A DNA stretch of 34,348 nt, taken from NCBI GenBank assembly GCA_964635805.1, contig CAZWRR010000001.1, positions 1-34,348 on the forward strand, read 5' to 3'. The notes beneath the pieces are model-generated. The model was not told the origin of the DNA. It saw only the letters and a program-made list of their open reading frames with translations, and made no database searches. Both the position numbers and the translations under genes were made by a program. This document shows positions 17,641 to 26,087 of the stretch, one piece after another (within the stretch, counting starts at the first letter, position 1; the number at the start of each line of letters is the position of its first letter). Source of the stretch: an uncultured Staphylococcaceae bacterium. Its GTDB lineage: Bacteria; Bacillota_I; Bacilli_A; RFN20; CAG-826.

Positions 17641-19031
17641 TACTTTTTCTTCCTTTCCATTACTTTGTGAATTGAATAAGTTTGGACGATTGAAATAATC
17701 GCACCAACTAACCAATACACACCCATTGCTGCTGGTAGCGTTACTGACATAACGATAATCATAATAAACATTACGTTCATCATTGTTTTTGCTTGTGACT
17801 GTTGTTTGGTGGCTGCAGGATTAACTTGTGTTTTAGCGATGTTTTTCGTTTTTTCTTTGTTAAGCCATGTTGATAATCTTGTGCTGATGAATTGGGTGCT
17901 TGTCATTAAAATGAATAATACAACCGCCGTCCACCAACCGCTGCTAAAGAAGTTTGAAATCATTGACGCTCCAAGCTGTGCACTTAAGTTTAGCCCTAAA
18001 ACTGCGTCACTTGCTAATACAGCCGAACCCGTCATCGCCCCCCAGACGGCGATAAATACAGGGAATTGTAAAAGCATAATGAGCATTGAACCAAGCGGAT
18101 TAATGCCATGCTTCTTGTAAAGCTCCATTTGTTTTTGCGCAAGTGCTTGTTTTTCATAGCGGTTCGTATCGCTATTTGGGTATCTTTGTTGAAGTTTTGC
18201 AAGTTCCGGTTGCAGTACTTGCATTTTTTGTGAACCAATTGTTTGTTTTAATGTCGCAAGTATTAATAAACCACGAACAATAATCGTTGTGATAAAGATT
18301 GCGAGAATTTGACCCCATCCACCTGCGCCAAACGCTTTTGTTAAAACGTCAACTAATGCGGCAACAGGATAAACAAGTAAGCCTTCGATAAAACCTTTTT
18401 CAAACGCATACTTCCATGTTTTTCTTTGCACAAGGCTTTCTTCGCCGCTGGGGCCGTATTCACCATCATAAATAGCAATACACGAACGCTTTGCGCTAAC
18501 TTTACTGTAAATTTGTGTTTTATAGTAATCAGAAAAATCACGATCGGGAACGAAGTCGTACCCTTCTTCAATTTCGATTTGTTTATTCCATAATTCCCAG
18601 TTGCCCCACAAATCCGTACCATTAGTTGGTGTTGTGCGGTTATCTTTACTACCTAAAAACTTTAAGTATCCATATTCTTTAAGTGCGGCGTCTTTAACTT
18701 CTGTAGTTGCAGTAGTAACGTCGGCGCTCTCATCGTATAAACTTAATGCGTAATTAAGCACTTTTGCGTCAAGTGCAACAAAATAATCAATTGTCGGCAC
18801 GTGGTAGCCAGCAGCGTTCGCGCCTTTGACAATTTCTTCGAGTGTTTCATTATAAACAAACTCTGTTTCTTGTGTTGTTTCGTTAACTGTCGTTACGAGA
18901 CCGCTATCAAGCTTATAAAGCATATGGGCGACGTCTTTTTCTGAACAAAAACTTTTCGTACAGCTTGCTAAAACAAAAATCCCAGCAACAAGTGCGCCTA
19001 GCTTTAAAAATCTTTTTTTATTTTTACGCAT
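17640..19031 (-). CDS. yidC: membrane protein insertase YidC (lipoprotein type) with an extended N-terminal ectodomain
   Basis: The lipobox reads VLASC, with Cys at residue 24. The conserved core reads ILAIFITTIIVRGLLILATLKQ..KMQVLQPELAKLQQRY..ELYKKHGINPLGS..LLQFPVFIA. It is 463 aa and follows rnpA. Confidence 0.9.
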   Translation of the reverse strand: MRKNKKRFLKLGALVAGIFVLASCTKSFCSEKDVAHMLYKLDSGLVTTVNETTQETEFVYNETLEEIVKGANAAGYHVPTIDYFVALDAKVLNYALSLYDESADVTTATTEVKDAALKEYGYLKFLGSKDNRTTPTNGTDLWGNWELWNKQIEIEEGYDFVPDRDFSDYYKTQIYSKVSAKRSCIAIYDGEYGPSGEESLVQRKTWKYAFEKGFIEGLLVYPVAALVDVLTKAFGAGGWGQILAIFITTIIVRGLLILATLKQTIGSQKMQVLQPELAKLQQRYPNSDTNRYEKQALAQKQMELYKKHGINPLGSMLIMLLQFPVFIAVWGAMTGSAVLASDAVLGLNLSAQLGASMISNFFSSGWWTAVVLFILMTSTQFISTRLSTWLNKEKTKNIAKTQVNPAATKQQSQAKTMMNVMFIMIIVMSVTLPAAMGVYWLVGAIISIVQTYSIHKVMERKKK

Positions 19032-19357
19032 TATTTTTCTCCCATTTGGTTAAGCAACTGTGCGAGAAGCGCGGTGAGCTCAGCAAATGTGAACTCGTGA
19101 ATTTGTGGTTTTGCAACAATAACTATGTCATACATTAGTTTTGTCTTATAATCTCGCATCATTGCTTTTAATTGTCTTCTTACTTTATTGCGAACAACAG
19201 CGTTGCCAATTTTTTTACTCGTCGCAACGCCAAGACGAAAACGGCTTACGTCGTTTTTACGATAGAAAATATTAAACGGTTCGCCTTTAATGCGTCTACC
19301 CGTTTTAATAATTCTAGTAAAGTCTTCATTTTTGCGGATCCGGTGTTCCTTATTCAC
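19031..19357 (-). CDS. rnpA: ribonuclease P protein component
   Basis: It is a 108-aa basic protein. IRKNEDFTRIIKTGRRI and GNAVVRNKVRRQLK are the RNase P protein signature. It has a GTG start 8 nt after the rpmH stop. Its stop overlaps the yidC ATG (TAATG). Confidence 0.9.
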   Translation of the reverse strand: MNKEHRIRKNEDFTRIIKTGRRIKGEPFNIFYRKNDVSRFRLGVATSKKIGNAVVRNKVRRQLKAMMRDYKTKLMYDIVIVAKPQIHEFTFAELTALLAQLLNQMGEK

Positions 19358-19365
19358 TTTTAACC

Positions 19366-19500
19366 TTATACCGTAAGTTTGCTGCGTCCTTTAGCACGAC
19401 GAGCTTTAAGAACGTTGCGACCACTTGGTGTCGACATTCTTTCACGGAAACCGTGAACTCGGGCCCGTTTAATTTTACTTGGTTGATATGTACGTTTCAT
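19366..19500 (-). CDS. rpmH: 50S ribosomal protein L34
   Basis: The hand translation of the minus strand is [44 protein letters not shown] (44 aa). An SD aaggagag lies upstream. The gene is too short for the ORF track. Confidence 0.95.
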
Positions 19501-19545
19501 AATACTCTCCTTAAACGATAAATTTTCAATTTATACTCGCGCTTT

Positions 19546-19574
19546 ATTTTAAGTGTTTACAAAGTAAAAGTCAA
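19546..19574 (-). promoter_or_regulatory. rpmH operon promoter (TTGACT -17 nt- TAAAAT on minus strand)
   Basis: The reverse complement of 19569..19574 is TTGACT and of 19546..19551 is TAAAAT. The spacer is exactly 17 nt. The promoter lies about 45 nt upstream of the rpmH ATG. Confidence 0.6.
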
Positions 19575-19808
19575 ACAATTAAAAGAATAGTTCAATTTAA
19601 TTGAACAAAGTATATTTGTTTTTATGGGGGTTTTCTTACAAAAAAGCTGTAAAACTCGCCACTTTTGTACGTGTTTTATGATTTATCTGTTTTTTCTCAA
19701 CATAACTGTGGGGCGGTCTTTGTTTTTCGGTGAAAACAACGAAATGTATGATTATATGTTGCCTTTTCACTGTTGACAAACAATTTACGATGGGGAAAAC
19801 CAATTTTT

Positions 19809-19925
19809 TTATCCACGTTCTCCACAGGGAAAGTGTTATCCACATCTTTATCCACACTGTAATTTTGTGGATATTGTGGACAAGTCCATATAATCGTGTG
19901 TTTTTTGCAATTTTGTTGTGGATAA
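19809..19925. other. oriC DnaA-box cluster upstream of dnaA (7 boxes)
   Basis: Forward boxes:
- TTATCCACg at 19809..19817
- TTcTCCACA at 19818..19826
- TTATCCACA at 19836..19844
- TTATCCACA at 19848..19856

Reverse boxes:
- TGTGGATAt at 19866..19874
- TGTGGAcAA at 19875..19883
- TGTGGATAA at 19917..19925

The consensus is TTATCCACA. The cluster lies in the rpmH-dnaA spacer, at the point where gene orientation switches strand. Confidence 0.85.
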
Positions 19926-19967
19926 AACAACGCCTTACTTTTTTTGCTTTTTTACATATAAACTTTA

Positions 19968-19976
19968 TGTTAAATT
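19968..19976 (+). promoter_or_regulatory. candidate dnaA promoter, extended -10 (TGTTAAATT)
   Basis: tgttaaatt lies 28 nt upstream of the dnaA ATG, and the SD ggagg follows it. It sits immediately downstream of the DnaA boxes, which allows autoregulation. Confidence 0.35.
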
Positions 19977-20004
19977 ATTATTATGTATCGCGGAGGAATA
20001 GTAT

Positions 20005-21363
20005 ATGGTTAGGTCAGTTTCAGAAATTACACAGATGTGGGATCGCGTTTTAGCGAAAATCCAAGATCGGATTACTGACCGCCATGTTTACGTTGCTTTT
20101 TTCGTTGATACTTATGTTCACTCTATTGATAATAACATCATTACTGTAATCGCTAATTCCGAACTTGCAAAGTCAATGCTCGGCGCTAATTATAGTGATT
20201 TAGTGCGTGAAGTAGTTAACGAAGTAACAGAGTCTGATTATATCGTCTCTTTTATTGTGCGTTCGGAAATTCCAACAATTAACGAACTTGCGGCAAAGTC
20301 AAAAGATTCCGCACTGTTTAAAAACGCAAAACTTAATGCAAACTTGACATTCGACAACTTTGTTGTCGGCCAAACGAGTAACCTTCAGGCATATCAGGCT
20401 GCTATCGTAATCGCCAACACGCCGGGAAAACTATATAATCCACTCTTTTTGTTCTCGGCTTCTGGCCTTGGTAAAACTCACTTGCTACACGCAATTGGGA
20501 ACCATGTCCGCGCAAATAGCGCTAACTTAAAGGTGCTTTACGTTACCGCCGACGAATTCACAGAAGAATTCATTCGTTTCGTCCGTGAAAACGAAGGCGA
20601 ATCGATGAAAGACTTTTTCCGCACAATTGACGTTTTGCTCGTCGATGATGTGCAGTTTTTAGCGAATAAACCGGGTACAAGTGAGATGTTTTTCCATATT
20701 TTCAACACGCTTGTAAATAATAATAAGCAGATCGTTATCACTAGTGACCGCCACCCTAGCGAACTCAAAGGATTAGAAGAAAGATTAGTGACGCGGTTCA
20801 ATTCCGGACTCCAAATTAGTATCTCAACTCCCGACATAGAGACACGAAAAAATATTTTACGCAAGAAAATCGAAGCAAACAACTTACTTTTAGAAGATTT
20901 TGACGAAGAAGTTATTACTTTTTTCGCCGAAAGTTTCCCTAATAACGTTCGTGAGCTTGAAGGCGCGCTCAATCGTTTGCTTTTTTACGTCGTAAGCATC
21001 TCGCCTACGAAATATATTACGATGGACGTCGCGCTTAACTCCGTGCAGTCACTTGCAAATGGCCACACTGCGAAAACAAAATTAAATGAAACGCGCATTA
21101 TCAATGTTGTCGCTGATTATTACAACTTAACGCCAGCGCTCTTAATGGGACGCAATCGCACAAACCAAGTTGCACTAGCTCGCCACGTTGCAATGTACTT
21201 AACGCGTGAAGTTTTAGACTTGCCGTTTACACGTGTAGGTAAGGCATTTGGGGGTAGAGACCATTCAACTGTTATTAGTGCGGTTGTAAAAGTGGAAAAA
21301 CAGTTGATAGAAGACGCAGCAATGCAGCACGTAATTAAGGAGCTAAAAAGTCGTCTAAAATGA
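20005..21363 (+). CDS. dnaA: chromosomal replication initiator protein DnaA
   Basis: The AAA+ Walker A reads NPLFLFSASGLGKTHLLHAIGN and Walker B reads LLVDDVQFL. The C-terminal DNA-binding domain has RHVAMYLTRE and FGGRDHSTV. It is 452 aa. Confidence 0.97.
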   Translation: MVRSVSEITQMWDRVLAKIQDRITDRHVYVAFFVDTYVHSIDNNIITVIANSELAKSMLGANYSDLVREVVNEVTESDYIVSFIVRSEIPTINELAAKSKDSALFKNAKLNANLTFDNFVVGQTSNLQAYQAAIVIANTPGKLYNPLFLFSASGLGKTHLLHAIGNHVRANSANLKVLYVTADEFTEEFIRFVRENEGESMKDFFRTIDVLLVDDVQFLANKPGTSEMFFHIFNTLVNNNKQIVITSDRHPSELKGLEERLVTRFNSGLQISISTPDIETRKNILRKKIEANNLLLEDFDEEVITFFAESFPNNVRELEGALNRLLFYVVSISPTKYITMDVALNSVQSLANGHTAKTKLNETRIINVVADYYNLTPALLMGRNRTNQVALARHVAMYLTREVLDLPFTRVGKAFGGRDHSTVISAVVKVEKQLIEDAAMQHVIKELKSRLK

Positions 21364-21429
21364 TGTTTATGTAATAAAACCCACGAAAACGTGGTAAAAT
21401 ATTGTATTGAAAAATGAATTTAAGGGAAG

Positions 21430-21490
21430 TTATCCCCACAATTAACAGCCCTTATTATTATCATCAAGAGAAAGGAATATATATAAACTT
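21430..21490. other. dnaA-dnaN spacer: one-mismatch DnaA box, trinucleotide-repeat run and AT tract (candidate unwinding region)
   Basis: TTATCCcCA lies at 21430..21438 and gccc at 21448..21451. A (TTA)3(TCA)2 run at 21452..21466 reads TGA TGA TAA TAA TAA on the other strand. The AT tract aatatatataaactt follows at 21476..21490. Confidence 0.35.
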
Positions 21491-22621
21491 ATGAAATTCA
21501 AAATTAATCGTGAACAATTTCTCAAAGGATTAACGATTGCCTCACGTCCAACATTTACAAAAACACCGATTCCTGTACTTGGAAACATCTTGCTACAGCT
21601 AGATGAGACCGGGCTTACTTTACTTGGTTCAAATAATGAACTTGCGATTCGCACGCATATCCCCATGAGCATCGATGAACTTGAAGTTATTCGTGTTTAT
21701 GAACCGGGTGATGCGCTTATTTCGAGCAAAATGCTCAATGAATCAATTCGTAAAATGGAAGGCGGCGAAATTGATGTCGAAATTATCGATCAAACAATCG
21801 CCCAAATTAGTGACGGTCGTACCGAGTATCGCTTAAGTTCAGTTGATCCAAAAGAATATCCTGATCTTGATTTAAGTAGTGAAGGCACGCTTTTTGATAT
21901 CACCGCAAAAGAATTTACGCGTTTAGTCGAGCAAACAGCGTTCGCGGCAAGTTCAAAAGAACAACGGCCGATTTTAACGGCGCTAAACTTAACAGCACGC
22001 AACGGCAAACTTACCGCCGTCGCAACTGACTCGGCTCGACTAGCACAAAAAGTTGTGACGCTACGCGACAACGCCGAATTCGTGGCAAACGTGCCCGCGA
22101 AAATCGTAAGTGACGTAGCGAAGTTGCTTGAAGCAATTGGTGACGTTGACGTACTTGAAATCCGTGCGGCCGAAAACAAGGTGAGTTTCTCGTTTGGTAA
22201 CACACTTGTTGTTTCCCGACTCGTAATTGGCGAATACCCACAAACCCGCAACATTATTCCAAAATCGCACGCCTCGTTCTTAGAAGTGAATGCGAACGAA
22301 ATATTAAAAGCGATGGACCGCGTTTCTATTTTAGCGCTCTCCGATCGTGAAAACATTGTAAAACTTACACTCGCTGCTGGCGAAGTTGTCGTTTCATCGA
22401 AATCGCACGCGGCTGAAAGTGCCAAAGAAGTTGTATCGCTTTGCCGTTATACAGGTGAGCCGCTCGAAATTTCGTTTAACCACCTACTAGTTGCAAGCGC
22501 AATTAAAGCGTGTTTAGCTGAAGACGTTATTATCGGATTTAACGGCGCGAACAAACCATTTAGTGTTAAAGTTGCCGCAGACGACAGTCTCGTTATTATC
22601 GTTACACCGATTAGAACGTAA
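21491..22621 (+). CDS. dnaN: DNA polymerase III beta sliding clamp
   Basis: It starts MKFKINREQFLKGL. It is 376 aa, of three-domain clamp length, and lies immediately after dnaA. Confidence 0.95.
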   Translation: MKFKINREQFLKGLTIASRPTFTKTPIPVLGNILLQLDETGLTLLGSNNELAIRTHIPMSIDELEVIRVYEPGDALISSKMLNESIRKMEGGEIDVEIIDQTIAQISDGRTEYRLSSVDPKEYPDLDLSSEGTLFDITAKEFTRLVEQTAFAASSKEQRPILTALNLTARNGKLTAVATDSARLAQKVVTLRDNAEFVANVPAKIVSDVAKLLEAIGDVDVLEIRAAENKVSFSFGNTLVVSRLVIGEYPQTRNIIPKSHASFLEVNANEILKAMDRVSILALSDRENIVKLTLAAGEVVVSSKSHAAESAKEVVSLCRYTGEPLEISFNHLLVASAIKACLAEDVIIGFNGANKPFSVKVAADDSLVIIVTPIRT

Positions 22622-22629
22622 ACAAATTA

Positions 22630-22715
22630 GAGCGCCTTTTAGCGCCACGAAAGCGCGGCACACACTTGGCGACAAGCGCTCGCGTGAAACGGCGTAACGG
22701 CGATGAAAAGTGCGT
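22630..22715 (+). other. GC/CpG-rich repeat-bearing element in the dnaN 3' UTR (function unknown)
   Basis: By hand count, 22631..22700 is 44/70 G+C. AGCGC occurs four times, at 22631, 22641, 22652 and 22675. AACGGCG occurs twice, at 22688 and 22696. There is no credible start codon or SD. Confidence 0.3.
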
Positions 22716-22736
22716 TTAAAACAACGAAATTAACAA

Positions 22737-22760
22737 GGGAATATATATATTCCCTTTTTT
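22737..22760 (+). terminator. rho-independent terminator after dnaN
   Basis: gggaatatatatattccc is a perfect 18-nt palindrome (22737..22754) followed by tttttt. Confidence 0.8.
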
Positions 22761-22769
22761 CTTTATACA

Positions 22770-22778
22770 TGGTATAAT
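22770..22778 (+). promoter_or_regulatory. extended -10 promoter (TGGTATAAT) of the yaaA-recF-gyrB-gyrA unit
   Basis: tggtataat lies 30 nt upstream of the GTG start at 22809, just after the dnaN terminator. Confidence 0.6.
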
Positions 22779-22808
22779 GCTAACAGTGATTACAAAGGGA
22801 TAAAATTT

Positions 22809-23003
22809 GTGAACGAAGAGCATTATATTACGTTGCAACAAGCGCTTAAAAAGCACGACCTTGTCCAGAGCGGCGGCCACGCGAAAATCGTGATCCAAGC
22901 TGGCGAGGTTTTTGTTGATGGCGTAGTGGAAACAAGACGGGGTCGCAAGCTTTATGGCGGCGAACGTGTGCGCTACGAGAACAAAGAAATTATCGTTGAA
23001 TGA
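22809..23003 (+). CDS. yaaA: small S4-domain RNA-binding protein (YaaA/RlbA-like)
   Basis: It is 64 aa with a GTG start. The S4-like pattern reads ITLQQALKKHDLVQSGGHAKIVIQAGEVFVDGVVETRRGRKL. The position between dnaN and recF matches Bacillus. Confidence 0.65.
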   Translation: MNEEHYITLQQALKKHDLVQSGGHAKIVIQAGEVFVDGVVETRRGRKLYGGERVRYENKEIIVE

Positions 23004-24070
23004 TTATTAGTGAACTAGAACTGTTCAACTTTCGTAATCACCAAAGTTTGCAAGTGCTCTTTACGAGCGGTCTTAACGTGATTGTCGGCGAAAACGGTAT
23101 CGGTAAAACAAACATTGTTGAGGCAATTGATTTTTTGGGGTTTGCGAAAAGTTTTCGCACGACCGACAGTGCCGCTTTAATTAAAGAGGGTGCCCCCAAA
23201 GCAATTGTAAACGCCACAATTCACACACCGAGTCGCACTCAAGTTGAGATCGAGGTGCTGCCGCGCCACAAAGTTGTGCGTGTTAACAACAAAAGCGTTG
23301 CCCGGCTATCGGAGCTTAGCAAATACGTTGCGGTTACAACTTTTCAGCCGTCAGACGTGTTGTTTTTCGATGAAAGTCCGCAAAACCGTCGCCGTTTCCT
23401 TGATGCAACGCTCATAAAAAGTGATGAAGCGTACTTAGCAGAACTTATTCGTTATGAAAAGCTGCTTAAGGAGCGTAACGGCGCACTAAAAAACGAGGAC
23501 AACGATGACGTGCTTGACATAATTGATGAAGAGTTCGTGAAAGCGGCGGTGTCTGTGATTACCAAACGGGAAAAACTTGTTGAACAATTAAACAAAGTTG
23601 TTAACAAAACACTCGAGCAATTAACAGACGAAAAGCTGCAAGTGCGCCTGGCGTATCGCACAACACTTGGTAGCGGCACAACACTGACAAGTGGGGGTCG
23701 CGCTAAACTTCGCCGCGAGCGCGCTAGAGAGCGCGTGTTGCAAACGACGACACTAGGACCACATCGTGACGATTTGACCGCGCTTTTAAACGGAAAGGTC
23801 GTTAAAACGCATAGTTCGCAAGGACAAAAGCGTTTAATTGCGATTGCGCTCAAGCTCGCCCCATACTTTATGGAGAAAAAAGAGCATCGGCGCCCGATTA
23901 TCGTTCTTGATGACGTGCTTAGCGAATTAGATGAAATGCATCAAGAGCGACTACTAACGTTACTACTTGCGTGTCAACAAGTATTTGTGACCGCAACGGT
24001 GTATAAAAACCATGCCCACTCAATATATGATGTGACGAGCAGTGGGATCAAAAGGAGGACTTCGACATGA
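23000..24070 (+). CDS. recF: DNA replication and repair protein RecF
   Basis: The N-terminus has FRNH and Walker A GENGIGKTNIVEAI. The ABC-like signature SQGQKRL and Walker B IIVLDDVLSELD are present. It overlaps yaaA by ATGA. Confidence 0.92.
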   Translation: MIISELELFNFRNHQSLQVLFTSGLNVIVGENGIGKTNIVEAIDFLGFAKSFRTTDSAALIKEGAPKAIVNATIHTPSRTQVEIEVLPRHKVVRVNNKSVARLSELSKYVAVTTFQPSDVLFFDESPQNRRRFLDATLIKSDEAYLAELIRYEKLLKERNGALKNEDNDDVLDIIDEEFVKAAVSVITKREKLVEQLNKVVNKTLEQLTDEKLQVRLAYRTTLGSGTTLTSGGRAKLRRERARERVLQTTTLGPHRDDLTALLNGKVVKTHSSQGQKRLIAIALKLAPYFMEKKEHRRPIIVLDDVLSELDEMHQERLLTLLLACQQVFVTATVYKNHAHSIYDVTSSGIKRRTST

Positions 24071-26076
24071 GCGAAGACAAAAAAGTTAAAATTAAAGAAA
24101 GAGATTTAGAGCTCGAGGCCGCAAAGGAAGAACTTAAAGCGGGCGAAGAGTATACGGCAGAAAAAATCGTTGTTCTTGAAGGACTAGAAGCTGTAAGAAA
24201 ACGGCCAGGGATGTATATCGGTTCGACAGGCGCGACCGGATTACACCACTTAGTCTGGGAAATAGTTGATAACGCAATTGACGAGGCGCTTGCTGGTTAC
24301 TGTGACACAATCACGGCAACGATTAATAAAAATGGATCAATCAGCATTACCGATAACGGTAGGGGGATGCCGGTTGATATCGTTGAAAAAACACAACAAT
24401 CTGCGGTTGAAACGATTTTCACCGTGCTTCACGCTGGTGGTAAGTTTGGTGAGGGCGCTTATAAAGTTGCCGGAGGACTTCACGGTGTTGGGGCCGCGGT
24501 TGTTAATGCGCTTAGTACGCGGCTTGAAGTTAACGTTTATAAAACGGGAAGCGAATATTATCTTGCGTTTGAAGATGGCGGGAAAACAGTTGGAAAACTT
24601 GAAAAGATTGGACCTACAACGTTAAGCGGAACAAAAGTTACGTTTATGCCCGACCCAGCGGTCTTTACAGAAACAACATCGTTTGATTTTAAAGTAATTG
24701 CGAATCGTTTAAAACAAATGGCGTTTTTAAACCGCGGTATTAAAATTGTTGTTACTGATGAACGGCCCGAAGAGCCACTTAAAGAAGAGTTTTACTACGA
24801 AGGCGGTATTAGTGAGTACGTTACACACATTAACAAAACAAAATCAGCACCGCTTATTGATGAAGTAATCTTTATCGAAGGAAAAGGCGATTTTCAACAA
24901 CACGATAAAACAGTACATGTTTTAGTTGAAGCCGCAATCCAGTACACACACGAATATCGCGAAACAATCTTTACGTTTGCAAACAACATTCAAACGATTG
25001 ATGGTGGAACGCACGAACAAGGATTCCGCCTAGCGATGAACCGTATTTTTAATAAATACGCACGTGAAAACAAAATATTTAAAAACGAAGATGAGCGGTT
25101 TATTTACGAAGACATCATTGAAGGAATGACCGCAATTATATCGATTAAACACCCAAGTCCAGAGTTTGAGGGGCAAACGAAGTCGAAGCTTGGTAACCCC
25201 GAGGTACGCAGCATCGTTAGTCAAGTTGTTGGTGAAAAGCTCGAGATGTTTTTAATGGAAAACCCGAATGAAGCAAAAGTCATTATGGAAAAAATCCAAC
25301 TTTCATCAAAAGCGCGTCGCGCGGCTAACTTAGCGCGAGAAAGCATTCGCCGCAAAGACGGTATTGAATTTACGACGCTTCCTGGCAAACTTGCCGATTG
25401 TTCAAGCAGAAACCCTGCTGAAAGCGAACTATTTATCGTTGAAGGTAATTCGGCGGGTGGTAGCGCCAAAAACGGTCGGAATCGTCATACCCAAGCGATA
25501 CTACCATTACGTGGAAAAATTTTAAACGTTCAAAAAGCACAAGAGCGTCGCATTTATGAAAATGCTGAAGTTGGCAACATGATTCAAGCGATTGGTGCGG
25601 GAATTGCCGAGGAGTTCGATATAACAAAGGCACGCTACCACAAAATAATTATTATGACAGACGCGGACGTTGACGGCAGTCACATCCGTGTGTTGCTCTT
25701 AACGTTCTTTAACCGCTTTATGCGTGAATTAATTAAAGCTGGATACGTTTATATTGCGCAACCGCCACTTTATAAAGTTGATTATCGCGGCAAACAATAT
25801 TATTGCTATAACGATGAGCAGCTTGAACAACTTAAGGTTGATTTAGAGTTGCGTGATGGCTACCCGTTCCAACGCTATAAAGGTTTAGGGGAAATGGATG
25901 CGCAACAACTTTGGAACACAACGATGGATCCTGAACAACGTAAGTTGTACCGCGTAACAATTTCCGACGCAATAGAAGCCGATACTATTTTTGAAGAATT
26001 AATGGGCGAGGCCGTTGATCCGCGCCGTGATTTTATTAACGAAAACGCGAAGTTCGTCAAGAACTTAGATGTTTAA
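24067..26076 (+). CDS. gyrB: DNA gyrase subunit B
   Basis: The motifs [16 protein letters not shown], the GHKL ATPase motif DNAIDEA, the Toprim motif [15 protein letters not shown] and [12 protein letters not shown] are present. It is 669 aa with a charged N-terminal extension of about 25 aa. It overlaps recF by ATGA. Confidence 0.97.
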
Positions 26077-26087
26077 GGAGTAGAACG

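Noticed and set aside
17641-17715. A 25-codon N-terminal extension of jag overlapping the end of yidC.
   Set aside because: The internal ATG at 17640..17638 has a good SD (aggaag) and gives the typical Jag N-terminus MRIFEAKTLEE. It also forms the same TAATG junction seen between rnpA and yidC.
19636-20053. Three overlapping ORFs (73, 77 and 107 aa) in the rpmH-dnaA spacer.
   Set aside because: They run across the DnaA-box cluster and the dnaA promoter and start. They have no SD and mutually overlap in different frames. The region is better explained as oriC.
21790-22425. A 211-aa ORF antisense to dnaN. Similar long antisense ORFs lie at 20538..20972 (dnaA), 23452..23853 (recF), 29870..30256 (serS), 9533..9895 (ppdK), 11589..11981 and 12225..12551 (glmU), and 33885..34292 (MacB-type gene).
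   Set aside because: All lie wholly inside well-supported genes on the opposite strand. Their products are Ser/Thr/Ala-rich and low in complexity, as expected from reading codon-biased genes backwards. None has an SD or promoter or any recognisable motif.
22630-22719. An open frame through the GC-rich island encoding a basic peptide (ERLLAPRKRGTHLATSARVKRRNGDEKCV).
   Set aside because: It has no ATG or SD, and only internal TTG/GTG codons without ribosome-binding sites. It is out of frame with dnaN, so it is not a read-through extension. A decayed gene remnant remains one possible origin of the island.
22716-22898. A 60-aa minus-strand ORF spanning the dnaN terminator, the yaaA promoter and the yaaA start.
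   Set aside because: It crosses a perfect terminator palindrome and a strong promoter, is antisense to yaaA, and has no translation signals.
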